The notes beneath the pieces are model-generated. The model did no database searches. It was not told the origin of the DNA and was given only the letters and a program-made list of their open reading frames with translations. The position numbers were made by a program, and so were the translations under genes. From Antedon mediterranea (Eukaryota > Animalia > Echinodermata): 64,000 nucleotides of DNA. Positions 34,601 to 48,700 of this stretch are shown piece after piece. How positions within the stretch are numbered: position 1 is the stretch's first letter; the number at the start of each line of letters is the position of its first letter. Where the stretch lies: assembly GCF_964355755.1 (NCBI RefSeq), contig NC_092676.1, positions 27,174,871 through 27,238,870 on the forward strand. Reading direction: 5' to 3'.

Positions 34601-37600
34601 AAAGAGAATTTCACTTCTTTATTTAATAATCTTTTTTTTTTGTAGAAATCTTTTTGTAGAATTTATTCTAATAGTCTGAATGTTGTGTTATTGCAGCTGT
34701 ATCTACCATCGGAGAATACTTCATTTTAATAAGCTTTATCACATTGCAATGAAAACCTATCATCATAGTAATAATAGAGGGTATTTCATGTGTTCTAATT
34801 AAAACCCAGGTTCGCTTCAGACGCGTTCTGCCAATTACTACCTAATACGTACGTTACAAATAAGGTAAAACAAACAAGACGCAATGGCCTTCATGCTTTG
34901 GTCGGGGATAAGTCAAAGAATATTGCTGTTAAACAATAAGAACAATAGTCAGTCATTAATTTTTCACAGTCGAGTATTTGCTTCATTACCCAAGTTAAGA
35001 AACAAATGACAACAAAGAAAAGACGAAAATAGAGCCTCTGCTCCAAGCAACCGACTCTTTCATTGCAAAAGCGCAAACGTACAAAGACAATAAAGGCCAA
35101 TATTAAAGTCTGTGTACTATATGTAATATCAGTGTAAAATATAAAGTATCCATAGATTATAAATGGGTCCACCCAATAGCTTTAGGGCTAGCTTGAAATC
35201 TATCTTCACTTACGTAGGCCGAGTTTGAAAGGAGTAATGAAACCAGACACTACACATCTTATAACGCTAAGAAACATGAACCACAACAAAAAGTAGTTCT
35301 ACTAAACCTAACATTAAAACGTACACTAAATCGCAAGTCTGTAATAACAATAAATTAAGAAAATAATATTGCTCTTGAAACTTAATATTTATAAGACAAA
35401 AACATCTTTTTTTTATCAACTAATTGTAAATTTCATAATGCCATAAAATAAGGAATTTAAAGAAAAAAAAACATTTTTATAATCTATAAGTAAAAAATAA
35501 TTTATATTAATGATACTTTCCTACATTTGTTAGAATTTAAAATTTATTCAAACTACTTTGAAATGAGCCACATAAACATTAAAAAATAAATTTAATCATG
35601 TTCATAATTCTCAAATGACAGACTCTAAATATTTCTACTACTGAATCATTAATTGTTAATGTCAGCGACGAGCGTGAGGTCCCTCATCCTTAAAAATCGG
35701 AAGTCCGATGATTTTTGTCTCCTCCTGACTAGCACGCATTTATACTATAATTATGGCGGAAATTGCAGTTCTTCGTAAATATTAAATATAATTGAAAGCT
35801 GCTGAGGAATTATTAAGGAATTTATGCTACAAATATTTTATGAAGCAGACAAATTTCAGATTTAGAAAATAAATAATATTCTTTTAAAATATACTTCAAA
35901 ATGTTAATATGATAAAACAAAAATTATCAATATCAAATTGTTTTAATTAATTATTAATTACAGCCTTTTAAAAATCAAAAAGTATCTAAATTTAAGTTAA
36001 ATTTGCAGAAAAAATATTGTTAAAAATTGAAAAAGAATCATTTAAGTTATGCAGGACTCAACCTGTATATTTCATATTATTCAAATTATACGGAAAAGAA
36101 CCATTAATTATCAAACATAATTTACAATTTTAAAAAATGACATAAAACCATGAGCACATACTAAATTAATTTAAATCGATAAAATAAATATAAATAATTA
36201 TCTAAAAAATCAAAACACAATTTGTAATAATTTAAATGCTGATCCATAAAGTTACATACAGAATCACTAATAAGTAGTGTCATGAACTGTATACTTATAT
36301 TAAAAAAAAAAATAAAAAAATTGATTACATTAAAGTAATGATTTTAAAATGATAATTGGCAAGGATTGATTGATAAGAAAATGAATTAAGAATTTTAACT
36401 TGTTTAAATAGAAATAAATTAGAAATTGTAACTTGTTTAAATGACTCGCGTCATCCACAAATTGCCTTAGACATAAAGTCTTGTCATTTTAAAAACGATG
36501 ATGATTTACGACAATAATGAAAATGATTAATATGAATCGAATAAAAACAAAAGTGTTACATTAATTCAATTTATAATGATTTATACCGTGCGTATTGAAA
36601 TATTTTGCCCGAAGAAACCAACTTAGAATTCATATGAATTTCTAGCAAAATGTTATAAAATAATCTCCATAATATGTCGCTTCCAAATTAATCTAAACTA
36701 TCGATAGAAATATGGTATGAATTGAAGAATATTAGTATTTAAAAAACTGGAAAAGAAAAAACACGATTACAATTTTTTTATTCCCATTTCAATTTTAGAA
36801 TTAGCTGTTTTAAATACAAATACCGGTTATATGCTTAGAAAAAGAAAACTATAAAAGTAATAAAAGCTATAGAATATAAATTGTAAAGATTCAACTCAAA
36901 GACTAAATGCAAAATTATCATAACAAAAGAACAAAAATATACTTAAACATACTGTACTACAAAACTAATTTGTAAATAAGAATTTAACAGTACTGTATTA
37001 ATTATATCATCAGTGAATCAATTAAATACTATAATATTGAAATATAATTTGTGTAATAATTTTTAATACTTCCTACTGTATATCTTCTTTCTAATTCTTC
37101 TTATTAAGATTATATCGTTTTTATCATCATTTATTCAACGACACACCGTAGTCATGATTTATTGAGGCTTGTCACCTTTTAAATAACTAATCGTCGTGAC
37201 AGTAGAGATAACTTTGATGTCGGATCTTGGCTATTACTACGGTGATCATCAGACAGTCGGCCAAACGACTATTATATCAATTCGTATTGAAAGTTTAATC
37301 TAGAGTGTGTATTTGTCGTGATTGATATCCGTGGTTTAAGATTGTTGAATTTGTAACAAGAGGAGTGTTAAAGAGTTACTATTAACTACACTGATCTTCA
37401 ATACTAATCAATAACAATCAATAACAATCAATTGATCTAACCATAATTGGTATTGATTTCTACATCCAAATACTTATGATGACCCAATATTAAACGGTCG
37501 GGATATCCGCAAAAATCATTACAAAAATAATTGCATGACAATTCGTAGCTTGTTAAACAAGCTGAGAGAAGAGAGGAAATCAATGCTGAAAACTAGTACA

Positions 37601-38923
37601 GCCACACGAACGCAGATCAGCCAAGGTTATTCATCTACGATACGAAGCAACATATTAAATAGCAAATTTATTTTTTTATTCCGATTCAGAATGTATTTTA
37701 ATTTAGCAACAAAAGCCATTTAAACAACAGGTGGTACAAACAAAACAGACACACAAAAAAACAGCATAGCGTTGCAACGTTGACTTAATTAAAAGTGATT
37801 TTGGAAAGAGCCTAGGCCTCGTCGTGAGCTTGTAATGAATGAAGACAAATCAGGTGTTTTTGAGTAGATCTCACAAAATAGAAAAAATGACTAATACTAT
37901 GGAAACACAAATATCTCAATGTTACGCTTAGATAAAGTGCCATTCTATCTATAAACTACCTTAAAAATCGCTATTAAATATTATTTTTTGCAAGTCATTT
38001 ACTAATAGTACTCTACTCTCTATGTATTTGTTTATGTAAATAATAACAACAAACACAATGTGTACTAATTTCATTCATTCAACACAACAGTAGGCAAGAT
38101 ATAAAATACAGAATACAAACAATTGAGATTAAAACAAGATTAATTCAAATTTGAAGGCAAGAATTAACATTGGTTTATAAATAATTAATGTTAATTAAAG
38201 ATGTTAAATGAAATTGCAGAAAAGAAATTACACAAAATATGGTAATTTATGCAATGTTCGCCATCACCCGAATGCTTTAATGAAAGCCGTACGAATTTAA
38301 TATAAAGGATTTCTCCGTTTAAACAGTAAAGACTTGGAGCCAGTGTAATGTTTGAATTGGGACGCAATATGGAATAAATAACCAAACAAATAGCGATAAT
38401 GAACAGGTTTAGTAACAATGATAACAATACTCTAGAATTCATTTTGAAATCAAGGCCGATTCGTCAGTTTGTGTTTGAATGAGTTCCATCTCAAACTGAT
38501 TTAACATAATGCTTTAATTAGTCGAGGGTTTCGTGGACTAAACAAAACCAAAAGTGTAAGCAGTCTTCAAATTAATAATGCAATCAAGAATTATCTGTCA
38601 AATTTAACCATCAATTTTGGCGTAAACTAACGATTCAGACTACATCATAATGTAGATAATTTGCATTCAACAAACAGCAAATTAACATTAGGTAATTCGT
38701 CTTTTGTCTGAATCCACAACCAGTCAAAGTATAATCAAATTAAGCAGTCTGTTATTATTGTGTTACATACATCTGATTATAATAATTTCTGAGTATAGAA
38801 AAATGTTGATTGAAATGTTGTGATACGATGATGATGATGAATCGCAGAAATAAACTAGAAAATGATATCATAATGATGAAAATGATTAGAATATAATAAT
38901 TATATTGAAAAATATAATGTCAA

Positions 38924-39208
38924 ACGCTCTGTCTACACTATCAAATTTTATGTGACAAAAAAATGTGATGTATATGGACATGATGATGTCATATCACTAC
39001 CATATTTGAAAACCAAGAAAGACATGAAACAACTTAAAGAACTAGCCAATGAAAGGTCAGACTGGAAGAAACTGGTAAAAGAGATTTACGGAGCAGCCCA
39101 AGCGGAAATGTCGGCAGACTTTTCAGCGGAAAGGCAGTGAAGGAGGGATTTGGGCACATGACACTTTTTTTGTCAAACTAGTTTGATACTGATAGTGTAG
39201 ACAGACCT
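38924..39208 (+). mobile_element. Harbinger-type MITE family A carrying a 139 bp insertion
   Basis: Both TIRs recognisable; core interrupted at 39009-39147. Confidence 0.85.
39009..39147 (+). mobile_element. 5'-truncated non-LTR retrotransposon 3' end (RTE-like)
   Basis: Encodes KTKKDMKQLKELANERSDWKKLVKEIY...*, like the LAxDRxxWxxxV C-terminus of LINE RT ORFs. The stop lies 7 nt from the end; ATTTG is duplicated on both sides. Confidence 0.65.
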
Positions 39209-42200
39209 TAAGAATGTTTCTTATAAATGAAATTGATAACAATTACAAATTGTGACAATACCATAATTTAGAGTAAATAGGCAACAAAGGAAATTACCTC
39301 GTTATCATAAGTAATATTGATAAATAATATTGATAACATTTAAAATTATAAGGATTACAATGACAATATTGATAGTGCTACTAATGCTAATTGTAAGATC
39401 AATACTGTTTGCTCACATAATAATAATGATTGATATTGATTATGATAATGAGTTCTAATAATAATATTCACACAATCCTAATGAATATAATTTTAAAGCA
39501 TTCTTACTGATAGATAGGTGTCCCCTTCCTAAAAAAACACATACAAAAAAAAAAACACCTAATACTATAAATTAAAGATCACTTTTGAGAAACTTTTTGA
39601 ATTTATATCTATATTCACAATACAACAGAATCCCTCATTGGAGACTTCCCCCAAAGGAATGAGAGGAAATATATGTTTTAATTGCCTAATCAGGGGATAA
39701 ATTATATTCAGTTTTTCTTTTGTATTTATATTTATTACTATTTATTATTATTACTTGCAGAAAACTTATAAAGTTCATTGACAAGTTGAAAGAATAAAAA
39801 AAATTGTCGACATCAATTTGTCTTTTTTTTAATTCAAAGTTGACGATAACACAACATGGAATTAAGTATGCTGATAAATTCCATCTGTGCAAATAATTTA
39901 CATATATTTCTTTACTACATTTCTCATTAATGCCATTTTCATTTTTACAACTCATTAATAAATGAACAATATCAAATCAAGCTTTTAATAAAAATAAAAA
40001 CTACTACTACTAGTGAATTTATTTAAAGAAATTACATTTCCATATGACAAACAAAAAGTAATTGTCTTACGATATCAAACCACAACTTTTTAAGAAACAT
40101 AAACGATTGTTAAATTTATTTAAAGAAATTATCAATTTAATAGCAGAGAAACTAAGGCACCCGCCTCGCTTTCAGTTTGATGTCTTTGTGTTTGTGGCGC
40201 GTGTCTCTGTTTACCGCTAACACTCGTCAACAAACTTCAACAACACTTTCTGTGTTTGCATAAGATTTTAAGGCACACTTCTTATTTATTTTCAGTCCTT
40301 GTCGTACAAAGAAAGCATTCAGACTCGTCCAAGCGCGTCAACCACAAACGTTTGTTTTGCCAGCCAAAAAAATAATTGTTGATTATGGGCCCAATTAAGT
40401 AAAATAAGTAATAATCACAAATATAAACAATAAATGAATTTATATTTAATGAAATATTATCATTTGAAAGAATTCTAAATTGTATACTTTAGATATTTAA
40501 ATTAAATGAATTTGTTTATACAGGCAGACTATGGTAGGCATAAAATAAATCTTTTTTAAAAAGCTGAATAAGTATATAGTTTTAGTCAGAAATATTAATT
40601 TATTTCAAAGACTATCGTACAAGTGACAACTATTCTAATTCTGAATCTTTTGACAAAGTTATGTAAAATGGCAGACCACCTGCCCTCGGCCTGAGCGTAT
40701 TAAAATTGAAAACATCACCTGCATGACCACTGATTCGCTTCGAACCATCTTCCTGCTTTTTGTCTGAAAAAAGAGCGAAGGAAATTACTACCGCGCTTGC
40801 GTTTAAAAAGAGACTTGAAACACTGCTTTGTTACGCGATTAATCATAAATTTGCTTGCGAAATGCTACGGGTCAGGAGAAAGTACGAGTGAAAGGGAGCA
40901 TATAACAATGAAATATTATCTATAAGATTAACAGGAGAGCCGCCTATTGTCTTTTGAAGGAAACACGATACCAATTTAATACCAGTTTTGAAAAAAAATA
41001 TTTTTCTTAGGGATTTTTTATGAAAAGAAATCATTTTGTAGACATATTTTAGTATATGTACAATCATAATAATGATAATATTTACGGAAAATATTTATTA
41101 GTCAAGAAACTTTGTTAGATTCCGTCGTGAATAGCAAAGCAGAAAATGATACTGTCGTTGACTTTACGATTGTTTTGATTAAAAGTTTTATTATGTGCTA
41201 AAATTAGCTATACGCTATAATATTCAATTTGCGAGGACATTTATGCGTTATTATCTAACAATATATTTACAATCGACGATAAGCGTCGCATGCTGATGTG
41301 ATTGTAACACGAGTATGATAAGTTTTACTACCCGTGCAAATTGAAGAAAAATGTAAAGAAAACAACCGCGTTTTCAGCATTTTAATAGCAAAATCTAATT
41401 GGACCCTGAGCCATTGTCTGGAATAAGTATTTGAAAATTTATGATTTCTAATGTTGTAGCTTTAGCTTTTAAGAATTATAATATTTTTGCTTTTTATGGC
41501 TGATTTATAGCTGTGTTAGTAGTAACACTAGTTGTTAGTAGTTTTATAAAACATGGAAAGTGTTCATAAAATAGTTTTATTGTAGGCAATGTCTACCTTT
41601 GTGTCAGTAAACAATTGTTTTTATCTAAATGTACTCTAACAGTATAATCTGCTAGCAACCTGTTTACTTCTCAAAAATGCTTGAAACTCCGTTTCTTTCT
41701 ATGCAACCTGCTTAACTCTTATAAATACATTGTAGTTTTTTCTTCTTTAACACTTTTAAATAATTAATGCTATTCTTAATACTTGTTTTACTAGGTGGCC
41801 TTGTGATTGGGATAAGGACTTTATCTAAACCCTACACAACCTAAAAAGATATCTTTTATTTACAAGCTAACTTAATATTCTCACTAATTCTTTAAGCTGG
41901 CATATAGGCATCTTTGTGTCTATATATCGTACATTTGTTTACCTATATCACTGTTGTAGTTAAAACTTATTAGTTGCTCTTAGAAGGATTATATAGTATT
42001 AGAAGTCATTTGTTGATTATATACTAATTACATAGATCAGTATTAAACTGCTTATTTTAACAAAAAAAGTTGTACCAAAACAGAAGAAATAAGACGCTTT
42101 ACTGTAGTTAAGCATGGCATTAATTAGTACATGACGGAAAATAAGTATCTTTTCTAAGACCAATCATTCAAAAGTTGTTGTTCAACTGCGGATTACGGCG

Positions 42201-43639
42201 AGAATCCCTGAACAAAAGGGATGTTCATTAGTGGGTTCAACAAGCACTGTGAGGGAGTTTGAAGTGGTAATTGTTGGACACTCTAAGAGGTAACAAATTG
42301 ACCCTTTCAAAATCATATATATAATAGAACATGCACTTTAGTAAACTTGTACTTGTTAAAAACATGTGCTAATCATGTTAAGTTCTTAAAAAGTTAACAA
42401 AAAAGTTTTAAATAATGGTTTCCCTCCAAATAACAACAGTTCCAATAGAAGGATTTGAAAGCAGATAAAAAAATAATCTGAAAATATAATGTAAAAAGGC
42501 TAATTCATACTATTACATTACAAATACAAATTAATTTCAATTTTTGATATTAGAAGAATCTTTTTATATTAGCGGTTAAAATATATTTTATCGATGCTAC
42601 AATGATTTTGTTAAGCGATTTTAAACCGCCATCTGCACATCAAACGTGAATGGCCATCGTCGTACGCTATCAGAAAACACCACGTTCGCTCTACTCTATT
42701 TACCAATACCCATAGGCTTGGCATTTGACGACGCAAGGCTCGGAGCCACATTGGTGTGAATTCTAACAAAATAATCAAATTTCTCTAATATCTTGACAAG
42801 ATTTCAGTAGTTTCTACAAGACAGGTGATATGACTCGTAGCTGTGGGCTAGACCTAGTTAGGTCTTTATTAATTTTGAGGGCACAGGGGAGACTACACTA
42901 TTAGTTTAAGTGAATGTAATTGAAGATCCCTGACAAAATTCCTTCAGCGACACACTTAACAACCCAACACATTAAATCATTTCACTTATTCTGAATGATA
43001 AAATCATTCAAAGTTTCGCAGAAAAAAAAACTCAATTATGAAAAAAATTCTTAGACCTTGTAGATATGTAAATATGTATTAATATTCATTGCACACTTAT
43101 TTCAACTTTCTACAATCTAGACACCCCCCAAAGCTATTTGAAAATCAAAGAACACGTTAGACAATCAATTTTAATCAGTGTGTGTATCATATAAACCTAG
43201 AGAAATAAGGGTATATTTACTGTAAATAACGCTAATGTATTAGTGTCATCATTTTTGTTACGGCTATTTTAATTTTTACAAATTTTTCTTATTACCTCTC
43301 ATACTTATTTTGGCAATGAAACAAATGTTGTTTTTAACAATTTTTACATTAAATCCATAAATTAATTTTAAATAATTAATTTAATATCACTTCATAGTTA
43401 CGTAGAATAATTCGCTCTCGCCCTGAACTCTTCTCTCATTAATTCATCAAATTGAAATCGCATACAGAAATATGTATACTAATAGGGCGAAATTAACGGT
43501 GATTAGCGACGTATTCCTTATGAGTTGTTCATTGCTACGTTAGTGTTTATGGGCTATATTACGTAGCCTTGAATCATCTGAATAAATGACAGACTATTGG
43601 ATTGTCTTCTTGACCTTGGCGATTGACAACTAGTAGGTA

Positions 43640-43790
43640 AAAAACAAATACATGGAAACTACAACAAAAAATCTGGAATGTATACCAAAAAACATGGAAA
43701 ATATACACAAAAAAAACATGGAAAATAGACCAAAATTAGATGAAAACTATACCAAAAAACATGGAAAATACATCCAAAAAACATAAAGGG
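43640..43790. repeat. Degenerate ~23 bp A-rich tandem repeat
   Basis: Repeated CCAAAAAACATGGAAAATATA. Confidence 0.7.
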
Positions 43791-45544
43791 TTTGTTTGCA
43801 TAGGCCTCCTCGCAAGGTTTACGAAAGATGGACGACAAATAACCGAAATGACATTTCATTACAATCATCCCCCTCACGCAATTTCCACATAATATTAATA
43901 GGGAAATTGTAGATTATAATTTGTCACAGGTAATACTGTTATTGCTTATTATTTCAACAAAACCTCATCTTCGTGGCTGTCTATAAAGTTTATTACAACA
44001 CGTATGTGTATCATTTGGAATAAATGTAATGCTTACATACAGTAGGTACACAATAAGCAAGATTACTGCGTGGTATCTCCGGTGATATCACATAAGTTTT
44101 ATACCGTAAACTTCAACTCAACACAATTACAATTTTCGATTTAGGAATCAGGCTTACTCCACCATACCTTAACAAATGTGGTCGTTAATTACAGAAACAT
44201 TCTGTAATAAACAACGGTTAATATAAAGTGAACTAGAGTATAATTACAAAGTATCTTTTTTATCTGATCTAATATGGTTTTGTACACAGGTTGTATATAA
44301 AAAATAATAATGGCTTCGGTTTGTTTGCAGTTGCTTAGTTACAAGCATTCTCTAATAATATAAAACTCGGAAACATCTTTAATTCCTTCAAGTTGAATGC
44401 ATTCTTTAGAATCTTCATAAATTATGCACACTCTTTTGGAGGTCTCAAACAGATTAAAACACGGCCCCTGGAAGCTTCCTTTTCCAAGGTTTTTTTGTAC
44501 ACACAAAAGACGTATAAAATGCGTCTTGGTTATAGGTTATGAAGATTGCATTCTTGAGGTTACAAACGATAAAGGAATCCCCTAAACAATGCATGTACAG
44601 GCATGAGTCAAATCCTATTCATTAACTATAAGCTTTTATATGAAAAAAAATTACTATTTATAACATGCGATGCATTTTCATAAATATATTCATATAATTT
44701 TCATATTTTTATTCACATCTTTCTTGTATGAATAATTCAAGTTTCATTACAAAATTATAATTACATATTTTATTGTTAAAATTAGAGTCTGTTTAGTTTT
44801 ACATATTTATAGAACTGAAAAGTAATTTGAAGAGAATTACAGTTTTATCTTCGAAGTCAATTTGATTAAAATGAGAACAAAATGGACTATAAAGGTGGAG
44901 TAATATCTAGTCAATTGCAAACACAACAATTTATTTTTTTTCATTTGTTAGTTTCAATGAAAGAGAGAAAATAGCACTTTGGTGATATTGTTGAAATTAA
45001 ACAATAAGAATGACTCAACTAAGAATTGAACTTGGAACCCCCTGCATGATATACAGACACCTACTATTAGACCACTGGGGATGGTGTTGAATGACTATTC
45101 ATGTATAGTTATTGTATTCTATTTATTAGCTAAATTTTGTATGTTAGTCTTTTCTGTTTGTTCAATTATAAGTATATATGAGAAAATATCACACCATTTC
45201 TGTTTATTAATACAGGTAAGCTATGCACAACATAGATTTTAAGTTGGTATTAAAATATAAGAATAAACAGGCTTTAGTATTTCATACCAATGTTCCATCA
45301 AGGCAACTATTACTCTAATTATTAACAATTCATTCTTTATCTTAATAATGATAGTTATCATCGGTATGTGTTTATTATATCTACTTTTCGCTATACTTTG
45401 AATAGTCTTTGTATGGTAACATTTTTATCAAGCACTTGAACAGACCAATATTGACAATAGCTTATATGTTGTACTCTTATCAGACAGTACTTGGGACTCG
45501 ACAATGAGTACAAGAATATCATGTCTGATCCACACAATGGCTAA

Positions 45545-45724
45545 AACTCTGTCTACACTATCAAACTAGTTTGCAAAAATAAGTTTGTATCTAAATATGA
45601 TAGTGATATGCCCAAATTTGGTAGTGATATGTTTAAATATGGTGGTGATATGACATCATCATGTCCATATATGTGAACATCACATGGTTTTTGTCATATA
45701 AACTTTGATATTGTAGACAAGGCT
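45545..45724 (-). mobile_element. Harbinger-type MITE family A
   Basis: Both TIRs with mismatches, TAA flanks, three internal 19 bp units. Confidence 0.85.
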
Positions 45725-48700
45725 TAATACTAATCATTAATGAAGTTAAAAATATTTTAATTTTTTTTATCATTTTTTATAAAAAGGTTTTTTAAATAAT
45801 TTATTAAAGATGATATATGTTTATAAATATATTTACAACATTCTCATCAATATACAGTTTCCTGTAAATTAGAAGTGGAAAAAACCACCTCAATTATTAG
45901 AATTTACCTCTAATAAAGGTACCCCTAACATACTTAAAATTGAAGGCTACACAGTATTTGTTGATAACGGATTACTAGCCCGAAGGCTAGCCCAAGCAAG
46001 TCAATATGTTCACATGTACCCTGTCACACTCATTTCCCTCAATTAGACACAGAATAAATTTACGACTATTTGGTTGTTGGCGATGGCGTCAATTTTCGAA
46101 AAGCATGGCTAAATATAATTTAATCTTTTTTAAAACGCTTTTTTGTTTTCGGGCAATTCATCCAAAAAATAAAATGAATCCTTGACATTGGGAACTTGAA
46201 CCAGAACACTATACTCATAAGTCATAGACACTGTATTAGGATAGAAATTCATTAGGCCTGGTGAAGATGCGGAAAGCATTGGCGATATTAGCAGCTGCAG
46301 GCAGCGAAGCCCCTACTCCCCTGGGCTTGCTGCTGATTAGAGCAATAATCATTCTATTAAGCCGCTAGTAGCTTAAGAAAACGTGCGATTGAATCGTAGC
46401 CTCAACTAGGTGGATGCGGAATGGTGTAACGGTAATTAATGCAAATGTTGCGGATGATTGACAGGAATTTACTTATTTGAAATCAAAACCGTCAGCTAGG
46501 GAGAACTGCAGTTAAGAGTTGATTACTCCGTTTATCATACACTCTAAATAACTGTACATTTTACAAAATTGCAATTGCCTTAGGCAGCCAAGTCGTGAAT
46601 ATTTTTACATGAATTGTTAAGTAAAATCTGTCAGAAAAAATTCACTTTAAAAGCCATATGCTAACACAAATGTTGTGATGGGTAAAAAAGTGCAATTTCA
46701 AAATGTATAAACAGATAAAATGATCCATAATAACATATTTTGTAAATTTATAAACGCAATGTAATTATCCTAAAGTCACTTTAATAATAAAAAAAAAATG
46801 CATTTTGTATTCAGTATGCGAAAGACAAGTAATGAGTGATTTAAGTCATTTATCAAAGTTAGTGCCCATAAGGACTAAACTACAATGAAATAAAATATAC
46901 AGGAAAACGATAATAACCAATAATATTAAGGTGATGAAGACAGATTTGAAGGCCTTAAGTGAATTTCTAGTTTAGTAAACAGAAGAACAAGCTAAAACAA
47001 TTAAACTTGCTAATGATAGTTGTATTAATTATAGAATATCAAGCTCATAAAATAGTAAGAATAATTTTCTAATAATAAAAAATGTATGTATACTTTTATA
47101 TTAAAATAATTGTAGATTTTGTATAATTATAAAAAGAAAGTTTTCATTTATAAGTTCTTAATTCATACACTGTACAAAGAAATGTAAATTTTAACAGAAA
47201 TACATTTTTTTAAATGGGGAAATTGTGTGATCATTGAGGATAAAAAAAAATATTAGTGAGTAAAAAAAAATCGACATAAACAAGATTCGAACTTAGACAC
47301 TTATGCTAGAAATGCAGGCACCTAGCAATTAGACCATTCAAATAAAAATTACTAAATGATTAACCTGTGTAATGACATACACATCTATACTGAGACATTT
47401 TAATTGTATAGTCTTGACACGTCTGCTGTGGAAAAGAATCAATTCTTTGTGTGAAAAGGAAAGTTTGTTGATATTAACCGACGAACGAACGCCGCCGAGC
47501 TAGTTAAGAAGGGCTTTCCCAAATCAATTCATTGACAGTTGTGGATATTCTGACCTCCTTGTGATAATAACAACATTTCCGAAATCACTAATAAACACGG
47601 TGTTATATCAATGTATTGATCCCGGTGTGTGTGTGTGTGTATGTCTGCATAGATTTGTGTTCTACACACATATTTACTACCAGAGCTAATAAATAATAGG
47701 CTATTTCATAGGGATATTATAGTAGTTCACTATTAATCTCTATTTGTTTGTGTTTATTAAGAAATTTCCAAAATAGGAGTACACAGAAGGTTGTACATAA
47801 TACATTTTTAAACCATACATTATTAATTCATCAAGGATTTATAGGCAGACTATATGTTTTTTAATTTACCTAGTTATTTTTACATTAAAAAATTATTGAA
47901 GAAATATTGAAGTGAATTTAATAATAACTGATTATTTATGAAATTTATTAAAATTAATTTATTTTAAATAAATTATAGATTAGATAAAATAAAAAGATTT
48001 ATATTCAAACTTTTTTTTTTAAAGTTTAAATTTTAAATAGATAAATAAATAAGGACGGCATTATAAGTTTCATTTCCTAATATTGGTGAAATACTAATAA
48101 TAGATAACCTGGATTTAGTTTCAGTTTAACCAAACCTCACCTACCTAGAGGCTCATTACACAAGACAATTCTTTTTCATAATTACTGTAAATTAATGATT
48201 TATTCATTGTAAAAATTTGATTTCAGCGATTTCCAATTCCAGAAGTAACTCGTAGATAGCGAGGTTAACCCGTACTTCATGATGATGTAATTGAAATGAA
48301 ATTAATTGTTGAAACACTGTTGAAGTAATTTACTAAATAAATGCTCGATTCCCACGTAAATCTCCAATCACACACCAGGGACCTATTCAAAACAGTAGGC
48401 AAATTGAAAAGCTTCGGTTCATAGCAAAAAGCTAAAAAAAATTGTCAATCCATAGATAGTAGTGAATTTTTTTGCATATTTTTTGCAAGTGTTAGGATTA
48501 TACGTGTATTACTATTTTGGTTTCATTTTCTTATTATTTAATTTTTTTACATAAATATAAATTACAAAAAAATCATTGGTGTTGAGATAGTCTATGAGTT
48601 CTGCTTATCAGAAAAAAATGTCAATCTCTCTTACGGCACGTTATTACAGCACGCTATTACAGGAACTTTCCTGGTATCCTGAATAGCGACATGGTGACAA

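Noticed and set aside
45005-47340. tRNA-like A/B-box remnants near 45005-45080, 46180-46240 and 47270-47340 on minus
   Set aside because: No cloverleaf can be folded; at most decayed tRNA-derived SINE heads, too degenerate to call.
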